A DNA stretch of 64,000 nt from Gnetum montanum (Eukaryota; Plantae; Gnetophyta): positions 675,037 through 739,036 of the forward strand of contig MNCI01001077.1 of NCBI GenBank assembly GCA_015680685.1. Reading direction: 5' to 3'. Made by a program: the position numbers and the translations under genes. This document shows, in pieces, positions 51,560-64,000 of the stretch. Within the stretch, counting starts at the first letter, position 1. Each line of letters begins with the position of its first letter. Below the pieces are notes generated by a model. The model was not told the origin of the DNA. It did no database searches and worked only from the letters and a program-made list of their open reading frames with translations.

Positions 51560-52400
51560 AAGGTGGCTTTATGTCTTGCCAAATTCTGGAGGAACCGTCG
51601 AGATGACCGATCTGTACCACATAAAGTATAAAAAATCACAAAGGGTGTCACATTTATGCCAATGTGTGATGAGGTATAGAGCACGTGCAAGACTACCATA
51701 AGGAAAGTTTAGTTGACCAGTGATCAAGAAGGCTTTATGTGTTGCAGGATCCCAGAGGGACCATCGAGGCGACTGACCTGCACCACACAAAGTGCAAATA
51801 ACCGCAGAAGGGTGTCACATTTACACCTATGCAAGCTAGGGTACAGAGCATGTGTAGGACTACTATAAAATGGAAGGCAAGTTAACTTGCAATTGGAAGG
51901 CTTTATGTCCCGTAGGGTTCCAGAGGGATCATCGAGGTAACCGATCCACACCGTACGACGTGTAAACAATCGTAGATGGTGTCGAGTCTACGCTAATGCA
52001 TATCGGGGTGTAGAAGGCTTGCAGGGCTACCGTAAGGTGAGCGAGCTAATCTTGAAGGCTTTACATCTTGCAGGATCCCTGAGGGACTGTCAAAAGTGAT
52101 CAGTCTATTCCACACAAGGTGGGGTCTAGAATGCATGCAAGACAACCGTAAGACAGGAAAACTAACTAGGGATTAAGCAGGCTTTGCATCTTGCAGGATC
52201 CCAGAGGGACCGTCGAAGTGACCGATCTGTACCACATGAGATGAGGCCTTATTTTCTATAGGGCTCTTGAGGAGCCGTCGAGGCAACCGGTCTGCACCGC
52301 ACAAAGTGCAAACAACTATAGGAGGGTGTCACATTTACGCTTACATGTATCAAGGTGCAAAAGGCTCACAGAACTACTGTGACATGTGGAAAAGGCACCA
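51560..52400 (-). repeat. 5'UTR tandem repeats of D (~6 units)
   Basis: Same core as 35245-35810. Confidence 0.78.
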
Positions 52401-52405
52401 AAAGG

Positions 52406-52422
52406 CCCTCCTTCTAGCACCA
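52406..52422 (-). promoter_or_regulatory. PBS (tRNA-Asn) of D
   Basis: TGGTGCTAGAAGGAGGG on the minus strand, 6 nt after the LTR. Confidence 0.85.
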
Positions 52423-52428
52423 AAAAAC

Positions 52429-54120
52429 TGTAGCAACCAAAAATGTCAGTGATTGGAAAACACTAGGGGGTTGATGGGCATGATAGTTTCGACCCCGTAT
52501 TTGTGGGAGGGCTGTGCTGGGTATGTGTAGACACGGGGTGCCCTAAACTATCTGGTCGATCAGATAGGGACTTACATCAGCGTCAATATAGCCTTTTGCA
52601 ATGTAAATAATTTGAAATGCAAGATAGTGCTTAAAAGTAAATGAAGCAGGAGAGAAACTATGAAAAATGCGACAGTAACATGAAGTAATGCTTTAAGGTG
52701 AATAAAATAGAAAATGATGCAAAATGAGACAACAAGCAAGAAATAAAGTAAAGTGTAGTTAGAAACATGCACCACTCTAAAGCTAAAAACTCGCTTAGTC
52801 AGGGTGGATACAATCGATTGCACAGCATGACAGAGTGCAGAAATCTCGAGAGTAGCCAAGGTGTATTGAGTGAAAAGAGCTATGCGCATGGACGTAGACT
52901 TGGGTACAAAAAATGTGGGATTCTACCAAGGTGGTTGAATGGAGACGAAACCCCACACCAGCTGAGCGAGACTCACTATTTACAGTGTTAAAAAGATAAC
53001 TTTGATGTTACAATGCTGGAGACAGGAGAAGTATTCATTCCAGAATTCCAAAGTTCCCATCCCTTGGAAGTTGTTTGCTTTAAAAAGGATGCAAACTCCT
53101 TTGAAATTTCCAACCTTTAAAAATTGCAGACCTTTTACATGTTTCTTTCCAGGGTATTTATAGGACCAAGGGTGTGTGAAAGGGGTGGTTTGAATGCTAC
53201 GTGCCTTGGGCCTTCACTGTCTTACTGGTGCCACTCGTGCCATTTGTAACCATTGGACCTATAAGACAGTTGCGATGTGAACCTATGTGTAATAACTACA
53301 ATCCTACTATGTCATACTTGTGCAAACAGCATCTAGAGACGTGTGCCAATGGTTTGATTAGGTGGAGTGCATTGATGTTGCACAACCACCTACATGTCTT
53401 GCTGTGCTTTGTGACGTAGCATGCTTGGCGTAGAGTAGCATTTTGTCATGCATTCTACCATATGTCACATGCTTGCTATGCTATGCTACGCTACATAGTG
53501 TAGCAACTGGCCATAGTCACAAAAGCTTTGCCGATTTGCAAACCTTGTCTCCTGTGATGCAAGTCTTGTGAACTCCATTGACTCCACCTTTCGAACTACC
53601 TTCTATTTCTTCCATAAGATTGCTACACCTTGCTGTGCCATGTAGCTCAGCATAGCATAGCAGTAGACATGGTTTGCTACTTTTTTACGGAAAGGGACAC
53701 AATTGCAAAACTTAAAATCAGGAGAGGGGAGGGGGTAGTGAATTCTTTGCCATGCTACACTGCGTGGCATAGCATAGCATAGCACTTTGTTTCGCCATCA
53801 TCTTTTGAAGCTTGCTATGCTATATAGCGTAGCGTATTGTAGTAGGCTTTGTAACTTGAAAATTTTGCCAAACTATTTTTTGTGCATTCAGAATGCTGCT
53901 ACTAACTCTGTGCACTGCTTCTGAATAGGCCATTGGCTGGGTAGGCTACTTTGGTGCATAGGTGGGATGATGTGGAGCTTATCCATGCTCAAAGTAGAAA
54001 ATTTTCTGAACTGGTCGGTCTGAACTCATAACGTTCTTCTCCTGGAGAACTGCCATAGTGCTGTGCAGATTTCCATTCCTGGTGAAGCAAGAATGACCTT
54101 GCATTTTTTTGGATTTTTCA
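52429..54120 (-). repeat. 5' LTR of D
   Basis: Homologous to 35839-37615. The plus strand ends ...TTTTTCA at 54120, abutting E gag. Confidence 0.9.
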
Positions 54121-56210
54121 GACCCAACCTATGTCGCATATAAGAATACCTTCACAAAGAAGAACAAAGACAAGGGTAAGGCTGCAATAGCCACAGTGGC
54201 CGCTATGGAAAACGAGGCCAAACCCATCAACAATAACAAGAATAACAAGAAATTGACGACACCTAAAACTAACCCCACATCCAAATAAGGAAATGCACCT
54301 CGACCTTCCACATTTGCACTTAAAACATCTGCACCACCTAAACTAAACTTTTAGCATAAATATCGCTCAAAGTATACCCCGTTGCCTGTCAAGCCTTCAG
54401 ATCTTCTAAAGCAATTACTGGTGGGGGGGTACATCTAACACAAGTGGATGTCAGAGGAGGGAGCTAAGAAAAATCAACGGTACTGCGAACTCCTTAGGAA
54501 CCCCTCTTTGGCATTGCCCAATGAACCTCTAGTTCCTAAGGGTTTCAGGCTAGAGTGATTTTGTGACTACTATCAATAGTGTGGTCATGACATAGATTAC
54601 TGCATGGCATTAAAAGATGATGTCTAAAGGATGATTGATCAGGGGAAACTAGTGGTAGATGAAAGCAACCTAGTATGTCCCAAAAATCAATCTCTGCACA
54701 TTTACACAAAATGATCTTAATGCCAACAATATCAGTTACATTATCAACACCATTAGTGTTGATAGTAATCCTAGATGACCTTAGCAAATGTTTGTGGTAC
54801 ATATGCCTTAGCATAGCACACCAGTACACCAGTAGCTTATCTAACCCCACAACATCCATTTTTCTTGAGTCTCTCCCTAGTCATCTACCCCTACACCACC
54901 TATTCCCCAAGCATCAGCCCTTGCACCACCTATAGGAAAAACTGCACCACCATGTACACTGACACCATTAGCACCATTCATTATTTGAGGGCCAAGTGAT
55001 TCAATAGCCCCTTCCCCCCATAAGATAGCTTCATAGCCTTATCATCCTAAGAAACAAGAAGTGCGCTTCATGGGTAAGATGTCAAAGGAAAGTATTGCCC
55101 TAAGTACTTCCAAGCCTACATCCTTGCCCCCTACAACTACATCCTTTTCAGTGAAAGATAACGTTGCTACGTGTGCACAGTCCTTGCCACCTTGCCCAAA
55201 AGGGTTTGAACCTACACCTAAAACTATCTCTCCTTGGGAAATTCGTCTCCTGGGATGAATGGAAGAGGAGAACAGTAGTAAATAGGGAGGTGGCCAAGAC
55301 CTTTTGAGCACTCTCACTTAGGTCAAGTAAGCTTTGAAACAAAAGAATACTACGCTGAGCCTGTATGACCTGGTCATGACATCTACCTCACACCATGAGG
55401 CTTTGGTCTACATGTTAACAACAATTCCAATTGATGAGAACATGCCAATGGAAGAAAAAGAGATCCACTCAATCATGCTTCCTTCTACTCCTACAGAGCC
55501 TTAGCCATTCCAATTGACTTTCTATGATGATTCCATTAGGGAAGATCCCTAAAAAGGGTCAGGTGACTACACCACCCCTGTTCATCATAATTTGGATCGG
55601 CCAACATAAGATCCAAAGGGTACACATTGATGATGGGGCTGCTACAAATGTCATTCCTTTTCCTATTGTGGATAAGCTAGGTTTGGTCGACTAGATCAAA
55701 CCCATAACAACATCATGCTTAAAGTCATTCAATGGGGCATGGGTCATGGTGAAAGGCGTTATCCACATTAACTTTGTGGCAAGGGATCAGTTCCCCAAAA
55801 ACGCAATGTTCATCATGGTTGAAAAGATGTCTAGGTTTAACCTGATGTTAGGGAGGTCATGGTTAGTGCAACTTAGGGTTGTCTCTTCACCCATTCATTA
55901 GGAGATCCATCTACCCTATGCAGTCAAGGAGGTGGTAATCCATGGCAATGAGGTAGAAATGCAAGCTATTAAAAACATAGATATTGAATAGGTCTTAGGG
56001 GTCATAACCTCTAAGAATGAAGCACCTGCCTCTGTAGATACTAACTGTTCAACAAGAGAGTCGTCTGAACATGCCAGTTCAGAAAATGAAAACATGTGGG
56101 CTGAGTTGCCCTTCCAAGCAGAGGACAATGATGTAGATGAAGGCCAAAGCAAAGCATCTTGGCCTTATGCCACACCCAATCCAAGATGGGTTAGGAAGAA
56201 ATTATGCATA
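54121..56210 (+). pseudogene. gag: gag C-terminal half and protease of E
   Basis: DPTYVAYKNTFTKKNKDKGK..., knuckle near 54560, VHIDDGAATN near 55625, FNLMLGRSWL near 55840. Confidence 0.85.
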
Positions 56211-56669
56211 GCATAGTAGCCCTATTGCTTCCTACCCTATCAACACCCATTGTACAGTTATTGCTTATTCACCTCACATCTATCCATCTATGCTAGGTAC
56301 ACAAACTTACTTCCTTTAAATAGTTAACATATCTTCTATTTACGTTAAACTTCTCCATGGCCGGCTAAAGCCTAAAACTAGTAGTATTTCTTCTATTTAC
56401 ATCACGTCTAATGGCCGGAAATGGCCTAAAACTAGTAATGGCCCAAAATGACCCAAATCTAGCAATGGCCCAAAATGGCCTAAAACTAGTGATGGCCGAA
56501 AATGGCGTAAAACTAAAACATTAAAAAAAAAACATAAAACCAATCACATAGATAATGCATAGGCTAGTATAAGACCAATTTTCTTTAAAATTTGGTTCTT
56601 TCATTCAAATATTTTCCATCAAACAATGTTTGCAACAGTTTTTCAAAAAATACAAAAAATCAAAAAAAC

Positions 56670-57744
56670 CCATGCTATCATAATTCGTCTTTGCCTGCAT
56701 CATCTTCTCCCGTATTGTTTCCTTCCACATTGTTTCCTTCTATGTCACCTTCCTCTGCACCACCCTAAACCAAGCCTGAGGTGGTGCTAGACCTCCTCCT
56801 CCATGATATCTTCACAGTACCTATCACTTGGTTCAACGTTTGCAGTAACTTTCTTCTTTTCAATGGCCATCCATATTAGCGATCCTGGAGAAAAGGAGGT
56901 AGTAGCAGTCACACCTGTGGGATGATCCACTTCCCATTTAGAGATTCAGTAACTGTGACCTGCTCCATGAACTTGTTATAAGCTTTAGAAGCAACAATGG
57001 CATTCAAGAATGATTCATGGATAAACACCTTCACTGAAGCATCCCGGTATTGTTTGCCATAGGTGGCACATTCTAGTTTATACATATGTTTATGGTTCTT
57101 CTGGGACTTCCCCCACTTGTAAACTCTGGTGCTATAATCTTTCTAGTCCTGGTTCTTCTAAGTCAACAAGTCCATCTGCATCCTCTATTTTATTATCTCC
57201 CGAGTAGCTTCATTGTTGTGCTACATGGCTATCCAATATCTAGCATAATCTATGACAATCATGTGTCAACTGCCATCATTGGTATGATGAGTGAGGAGAA
57301 ACTTGTTCATGGATTAGAGGTCTCCCACCTCAGTGCTCAGTTCAGCCTTCTCTTTCTCAGTCCTCTAGACCCATTTCCAAAGGTCTTCATTGACGTGCCT
57401 ACACTCCCACAAGGAGTGTGCCAAGTGCAAAGCGCATTTGCTAGCCTTATCATATATGCGACAAGGAACCTCGGCCACTTCAGGTAGAAATGTAGACACA
57501 GCATCGACTTTCAACACCTATTTTGGGTCCCACTTGAGTTGAGAGGTTGTGATCACATAAAGAGAACATTAGTCACACTAGCGTAGCGAAGTTAGCAACT
57601 CAGGAAGTCTAGCATAGCAAACTCAAAAAGCCTAGTGTAGTAGCTTTACTCACCCACTTCAGGATCGACCTATCTGAGACAACAAATCATGTCTACAATG
57701 ATCCCCTGCATGAAAGTAAGCTTGTCAGGGGTCTCAGCCCATGG
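56670..57744 (-). pseudogene. 3' exons of E's antisense accessory gene
   Basis: The reverse complement reads PWAETPDKLTFMQGIIVDMI..., donor GTGAGT near 57652, then SQLKWDP... and the coiled-coil exon. Homologous to 2480-3720. Confidence 0.78.
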
Positions 57745-58986
57745 TGAAACATCGTGAAATTTTGAGACCTCGATGATTCAAAAAACTCTCGGAGTTTATG
57801 TAAAATATTTTCACAAGTGGCACATTTTGAACTATCTTCTTTTAACTTAAGGCCTGTTACGCTACACTACGCAGTGCAGTGTAATGGATTCCAGAAGGAC
57901 TGAACAAAAAATAAAGGATGCGCAGCAAGAACATTTCAATTTTGCAGGTTAGCTATGTTACGCCGTGTTACGCTATGTAGCGTAATATAGCATAACACAG
58001 CATAACATAAGTAGACAATTGATTCAATCGCAACAATAGAGATGGAAAAATTCAAACATTGGTGGTTCTTACGCCATGATACACTCTCTAGTGTATTATA
58101 GTGTAACTGTAGGATAGTTTGTTACCGAAGCTCTGGCAAGGGTAGATTACAACACACTATACTTCAGAGCGTAACATAGCGTAGCGGCACAAGCTTCAAC
58201 TACAACACATTAGGTCAACAGTATTCTGTGGGCTCAGGACATGCATGATCTAAATTGCATTTTTCTATTGACCCTAATCTTATAAATACCCCAGTTGACA
58301 ATGATCAAAGGGTTGGAAAATTATTTTGGTTAGAAATTTTCTTTTGTTGGAAAGATTGGAAATTTTGTTTGGCACCTATTGGTAATTGCTGACAATTTTT
58401 GCCGAAGATTGGCGAGAGAACAAAAGAGAATCAGTAATCGAAAGAACATCGAAGGTGACCGCCAAGAGCTTTTGATCAGAATCTTCTAGTTAATAGACAC
58501 TTTTCTTCAAGTCTAATTCCCTTGCACCCAAATTGGATAGAACAAGGTAGATTGGCCTCTACTTGTTTCATTTCTGAATAGCTTTCTTGTTCTTGGCATG
58601 TGCTTCATCTAAACCAATGTCTACCTGCAATCATTGTATTCAACATATTTGTTTATAACCTAAATCGTAGATCTCAGGATTTTACATTCTCCAAACTCAA
58701 TTTATTACATATTATTTACATAGATTTTACAATTGTTTTGAATCATTTACATCATTCTCGTTGCCTTCGAGATTACTGATATCATATTTCCCCATCAAAA
58801 TCTGCATCTCATAATAATATTTTTACAAAATTTACTAATTAAGTAAGTCCATGTCTGATCGACAAGATCGTTCAAGGCACCTTGGATTCATTTTCTCTAG
58901 CATGGCCCTCACACGAATCCAGGGTTGGAATTGTGTACATGGAACTTTGCTCGGTATTTCTAGTGATCAACATTTCCATCGTTACA
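57745..58986 (+). repeat. 5' LTR of element F
   Basis: TGAAACATCG...GTTACA, TATAAATA at 58281, followed by a degenerate PBS TAGTGCTAGAAGGAG at 58993-59007. Partner LTR is not in the window. Confidence 0.8.
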
Positions 58987-59238
58987 ATTTTCTAGTGCTA
59001 GAAGGAGTGCCTAAGGTCCAATTTTCATTTCATGGGTAATCTTGTACGTTGTCTATACCCATTTTCAATCGATGTAAACATAATACCTCTGTGGTTGTTT
59101 ACAAGATTGTGTGGCGTAGATCGGTCGCTTCGACGATTCATCTGGAATCCTGCAGGGTAGAAAGTCCATTTTCACCTTAGCTTGCCTTTGCCTTTGTGAT
59201 CTTTATCCTTGTCATCATTACTCTTAAGCTGTGTAGAG

Positions 59239-62200
59239 AATAGCTACAGCAAACACCACTGTCAACATTGCTAACCTCGATAACCCTTGGACACTGCAAG
59301 TTATGCCTCCTGTGGTCAAGCTGCCAACCAATCCGATGCAACCACATCAATCCCTCATGCTCCAAAATAAAGAGCCTGAGGGGCATGCTTAGTGCAGGGA
59401 ATGTTACAATTTCCTCTATGCTAAGCTTGCGGCAAATTTTCCCATGTATCCACAAGAACTCGAAGAGAAATGAGAATACGAGTTCATATACTGCAATGGG
59501 AAAGAATTTATTCCTTCACCTAACACCACTATACCACTGACAGATCAACAATAGTGGATCTTAGATCAAATGCTGATGACCAGGGCATTGACAGAACAAC
59601 AAGAGGAGTTGTTCCATGGTGAAGCACTTCATGATGGGCAGGACGATCTAGATTCCCACTCCGAGGGAGGTAGTCACACTGACTTGGTTGTGGCCCCTCC
59701 CTCCTCGATGTCCTGTGCAAATCCGCTGTTCATGGTCACCACAACCTTGACAATATCTAATGCTAACTAAGTTCCACACTTGTCAAAATCACATTTTTTC
59801 TCTCCAACTACCCTCCAAGGTTGTGTCCCTTCATAAATCATTCCTTCACAACTGCAGTTAGCTAATCCATCTCATCGTATACCTACACCTATGTCACCAT
59901 ATGTACATGCAATACCTACTTTGCAATTACACACAACACCTACATTTATCCCTACTCACATGACAGGACCTACCACTACCATGTGCTGGGCTCCAAACAC
60001 ATCATCCCTTGTAGCATAGCCTATGCAGAGGTCTCATCTCATTCATCATCAGCTCCAGGTCCCATAGGTAGTAAACCCAACTACAGGGTCATTTTTTATG
60101 CCACCGGCTATGCAAGAAGCATATCCTATGGCATAATCGATGGTTGTTGCCCCGTCTGCACCACCTACCAAGTGGTGGATGATACAGGTAGTATAGCCTA
60201 TAGGGACAGTCCCAATAACATTGCACATAGGCCAAGCTGCCACCCCTATCTTGCCACCTGGCATGGCTCATCCTACAATTTCACAAATGGCCTTTTCATA
60301 TACAGGTCTGGATCAAGCCTTCCAGCTTATTCAGATCCTTACTAAGGAAGTTAAATGCCTCAAGGCCACTGGTTCTGACATAATACAGGTCATGGATTTT
60401 TACCATGATGATCCTATTAGTCCAGCAATGCCTATTTTTTCGTTGCCTCCTGGGATACCACTCCCCCATTTTACAAAATACGATGGGGAAGGCGATCCCA
60501 ACACCCATCTAGTCACTTTCAGGTTAGATTCATTGTTATTGCAACAATGGCCACATACCATTATTTGTGTCTTTGCTATGTCCCTAATGGGTAAAGCTTT
60601 AGACTGGTATCGAGCACTCCCACGCTCTTCCATCTCAACCTTGGAAGAGCTATTAACTCAGTTCGTTACTCATTTCAAATAAAACCTGAAACAAGAAGTC
60701 ACACTGGATTAGCTCATGGGAGTTAAGCAAGATCCACTCGAGTTAGTCCAAAATTTTATACAGTGGTGGTGTACCACCTTGAATGAAATCCATGAACCCA
60801 TCACGGAGGCTCACCTATTGGCAATCTTCAAGGGGGTAGTTAATGACTCTATCAAGTCTAAGTTATATTACCTCACTCCCTGCTCCCTTAGCCAAGCCTT
60901 TGCTTAGACTAAGAGCATTCAAGACGCAACAGAGGCTAGTAAAGACCTAGTGTATGTGGTCTACAAAAATGCCCACAGCAAGGGTAAAGACAGAGGAAAA
61001 GCTACAACAACAACCGGAGCAGTGGTAGCCGAGGGGGCCAAGAAGAAAAAAAATAATAACAAAGTACCTGCAAAGCCTACTGAGACCATAACTATCTCAA
61101 ATGATACCGATCAAGAAACTTCACCCACCCCTGAGGCATTTCCATAGCCAAAGCCTAATTTTGAGCATAAAGACTGCTCAAAATACCCAGCTCTACTTGT
61201 AAAGCCTTTAGAACTTCTGAAGAAATTACTAGGAATTGGCCATATTCAACATAAGAATGTGTCCAAGGAAGGTCTGAAATGACACAGATAGCATTGCAAA
61301 TTACTTAAGGATCCCTCCTTGGCCCTGCCAAATGATCCGCCAATTCCCAAAAACTTTAGGCTGGACCGTTTCTGTGACTATCACCAGTTGTGTGGTCATG
61401 ACACGGATTACTATTGGGCGTTGAAAGATGACATTCAACGTATGATCGATCAAGGTAAAATAATCTTAGACAGTAGTAGTCTAGTCCATCCAGAAAATCA
61501 ATCCATGCATGTGTACCAAGACCCATTAAACATAAATAACGTAGGGTACACTATCAACATAGTTGGTACAAAGGGCAATAGCCAAGCACAGCCAAAACAA
61601 CCCTTTGTGCTACATGTGCCTTCTTGCCTGTCTTAGATGAAAATCCCATCCACATCGATGGGTATGGCTTAGCAACAACCCTTTATCCTCTAGGTCCCAT
61701 CTCCTACATTCGTCCCATAGCCTACTATCAATAAAGTCATGGTCTAGCCCAGGCCCACGCCTAGCACACCCTTTGTCATCAGGATGTCAAAGCCGTCAGT
61801 CGCTCCTGCTATGCAGGGGTAAATCTCTAAGTCAACACCTCAATCACAACCTAACAATAAAGGAGAAGGATGTATGACACCTAGTACAGCCAAGGACCAA
61901 GTTACGCTGGGGTTTCCCAAGCCTATGCCCCTCACCTCAGTGCCCTTGACCCCACCCTCTAAAAAAGATGATGCTACACAAATCCAACCATCTTCTCCCA
62001 ACCCGAGAAAACGTAACCTTCAACTAGAAACCATTCCCCCCTGAGAGATTCATCTCCTAGGATGAATGGAAGAAGAGAAAGCCGATAAACAACCAGATCG
62101 TGGACGTGATCTCCTTGATGCTTTTACGCAAGTTAAGTAGACTCTTAAACAAAAAAATACAATGTTGAGCCTATATGACTTTCTAATGACATAACAAAAG

Positions 62201-62983
62201 CATCGTGAGGCCATGGTTCACATGTTAACATCCATACCCATGGATGAAAGCCTACCAGCGGATGAAGAAGCAATCCACTCCATCATGCTTTCCCTCACCG
62301 CTGAACAACCTTGGCCATCCCTACTAACTTTTCATGAAAAATCCATTAAGGATGACCCAAAGAAGGGTGAAGTGACAACAAGGCCTATGTTCATCACTAT
62401 CTGGGTTAGCCAATACCGAATCCAGAGAGTACATGTAGATGACGGGGCAGCTGCCAATGTCATTCCATACCCCATAGTGGATAAACTAGGTTTGATCGAC
62501 CAGATCAATCCCATGACAATGTCATGTTTAAATTCATTCAATGGGGCACAAGTGAAAGTTAAATGGATAGTACACATTAACTTCATATTAGGAAATCAAT
62601 TCCCCACAAATGCAGTGTTTATCATCGTTGAGGAGATGCCTAGTTTCAACTTAATGTTGGGAAGGTCCTGGTTGGCTCAACTAAGGGTAGTTTCATCACC
62701 CATCCATCAGGAGATCCATTTTCCCTAAGCAGGAGGGAAAGTGATCATCCATGGTGATAAGATGATCCCTCATGCTGTTAATAACATAGAAGTGGAATAG
62801 GGTTTGGAAATCAAAATCTCTGAGGATCAGTTTCCTATCCTAATGCTCAGACAGGCCAAAACAGTGGCTAATGAAAACTTGATTTGGGTTGAACTACCTC
62901 TTCAAGAGGAAGATGGTCACATAGAGGAATGGAGTAATAAACATCCTTGTCCATATGCATTTCCAAAAATAAAAAATAATTAA
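59239..62983 (+). pseudogene. gag: gag-protease of F
   Basis: ORFs 60221..60682, 60716..60907, 61319..61636 (FCDYHQLCGHDTDY) and 62213..62728 (VHVDDGAAAN...FNLMLGRSWL). The start is approximate. Confidence 0.87.
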
Positions 62984-63182
62984 GAATTGGTTACAAACTT
63001 AGTAAATAAACACGTTGGCGTGAAATCTCACATTAGTCCACGTTGTTTACTATTATGGAATTTACGCTCTCCCTTTTATGCATTATCCTTATTACGCTTT
63101 TTCATATGCATCATGGCCCGAAATGGCCTGAAACTATTTATGGCCCACCACAGCCTAAAACTGGCAAATGTAATTTACCCCT

Positions 63183-64000
63183 TGAAACACCACAAAATTG
63201 TGTGCCCAGCACTTTCAGACAAGAATCAAGCTAAGTCATGATGCTTCCCAGCATGACCGAAACTTGTGAACTTCATAAACAACATCAAACGGAGTCAAAT
63301 CAAGAAACTAAAAGTTCCTTGAGATCCATTGGATACTACATCAATATCTGGCAACAAGGATTGCAAATTTCAAACTCAAAACACATTGTTTTGGTTAAAT
63401 ATACTTCTTGCACACAGGCCTGCATGCTCAATTTGTAGTAACTGTTGAGTTCCAAAAACATCTCCAAACATGCTAGAATTAAAGGTCTAGACCGTCAAAG
63501 ACCTTCCCCAAGGTCCACAGAAGCTCTTAGGCTCCTGAAAATCATGTTTTGGACTTCAAGTGATGAGTTTTCATGCCTACACTCCCAACATGTACTATCA
63601 TAGACATCCCAAAATAGGCACTCAGACCATGGTCTTCACAAGAAATTAACTCTTAGAGGTAGGGAAACCATCAGGCATCATCCTAGGCTCTCAAAAATCA
63701 AGTTTTAACCTTGAAAAATGGTAGTTTCATGCCTGTATGCTAGCATGCACGCCCAGCGTGTATGCCCAGCATGCAACCTAGTGTGCACCACTTTGAATAG
63801 ATCTGATTGGGCATTTTAGGCAATATTTTGACATGAAGTCAACCCTCAAGGCATGTTCAATGAATCTACAAGTCCACAAGCTCTAGAGAAATTAATTTTT
63901 AACATCAGAAGGATCATTCTTGGCCCTGCATGCCCAGCATGCATGCTCAACGTATAACACAGTGTGCACACTAGAAACATGCCCAAAACGTAGTCAAAAT
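63183..64000 (+). repeat. Start of the LTR of a further element G inserted in F
   Basis: Begins TGAAACACCACAAAA, identical to the A and C LTR start. No PPT before it. Decayed CGCCCAGCGTRTATGC motifs near 63750 and 63930. Confidence 0.7.

Larger units (their letters stand above)
35839..54120 (-). mobile_element. Element D: near full-length Tat-lineage element of the B family
   Basis: LTR, PBS, 5'UTR repeats, gag-PR, antisense gene, pol, PPT and LTR in order on the minus strand. Confidence 0.9.
54121..57744 (+). mobile_element. Element E fragment, cut by D on the left and by F on the right
   Basis: Mid-gag through PR, then the 3' exons of the antisense gene. Confidence 0.85.
57745..63182 (+). 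mobile_element. Element F, 5' half, inserted in E's accessory gene
   Basis: LTR, PBS, gag-PR and post-PR repeats, interrupted at 63183. Confidence 0.83.

Overview
Land-plant-type heterochromatic DNA made entirely of nested, decayed Ty3/gypsy LTR retrotransposons of the Tat (Ogre/Retand-like) lineage. Diagnostic traits are a tRNA-Asn PBS, a CxxHxxxxHxxxxC knuckle, and the pol order RT-RH-aRH-INT. No host gene is evident. Pieces resolved: B (minus strand host, 254-37615), interrupted by A (7564-24870, +), by C (25391-35244, +, doubly deleted) and by a probable LTR end at 1-253; D (minus, 35839-54120), which shares one LTR with B; E (+, 54121-57744); F (+, from 57745); and G (LTR from 63183). 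The key result is an unusual architecture shared by two divergent families. gag-PR and RT-RH-aRH-INT are separated by a ~5.5-5.8 kb spacer holding an antisense gene of about 8 exons with its own TATA box. By manual motif reading, its protein joins an FCP1/NIF-type HAD phosphatase-like domain with altered catalytic residues to a PMD/Transposase_32-like domain and a coiled coil. Arrays of a TACGC-core motif cover the LTRs and this gene's introns, which suggests (inference) a TE-encoded regulator or anti-silencing system. All domain calls were made by eye and no database searches were run. All copies carry stops or frameshifts.
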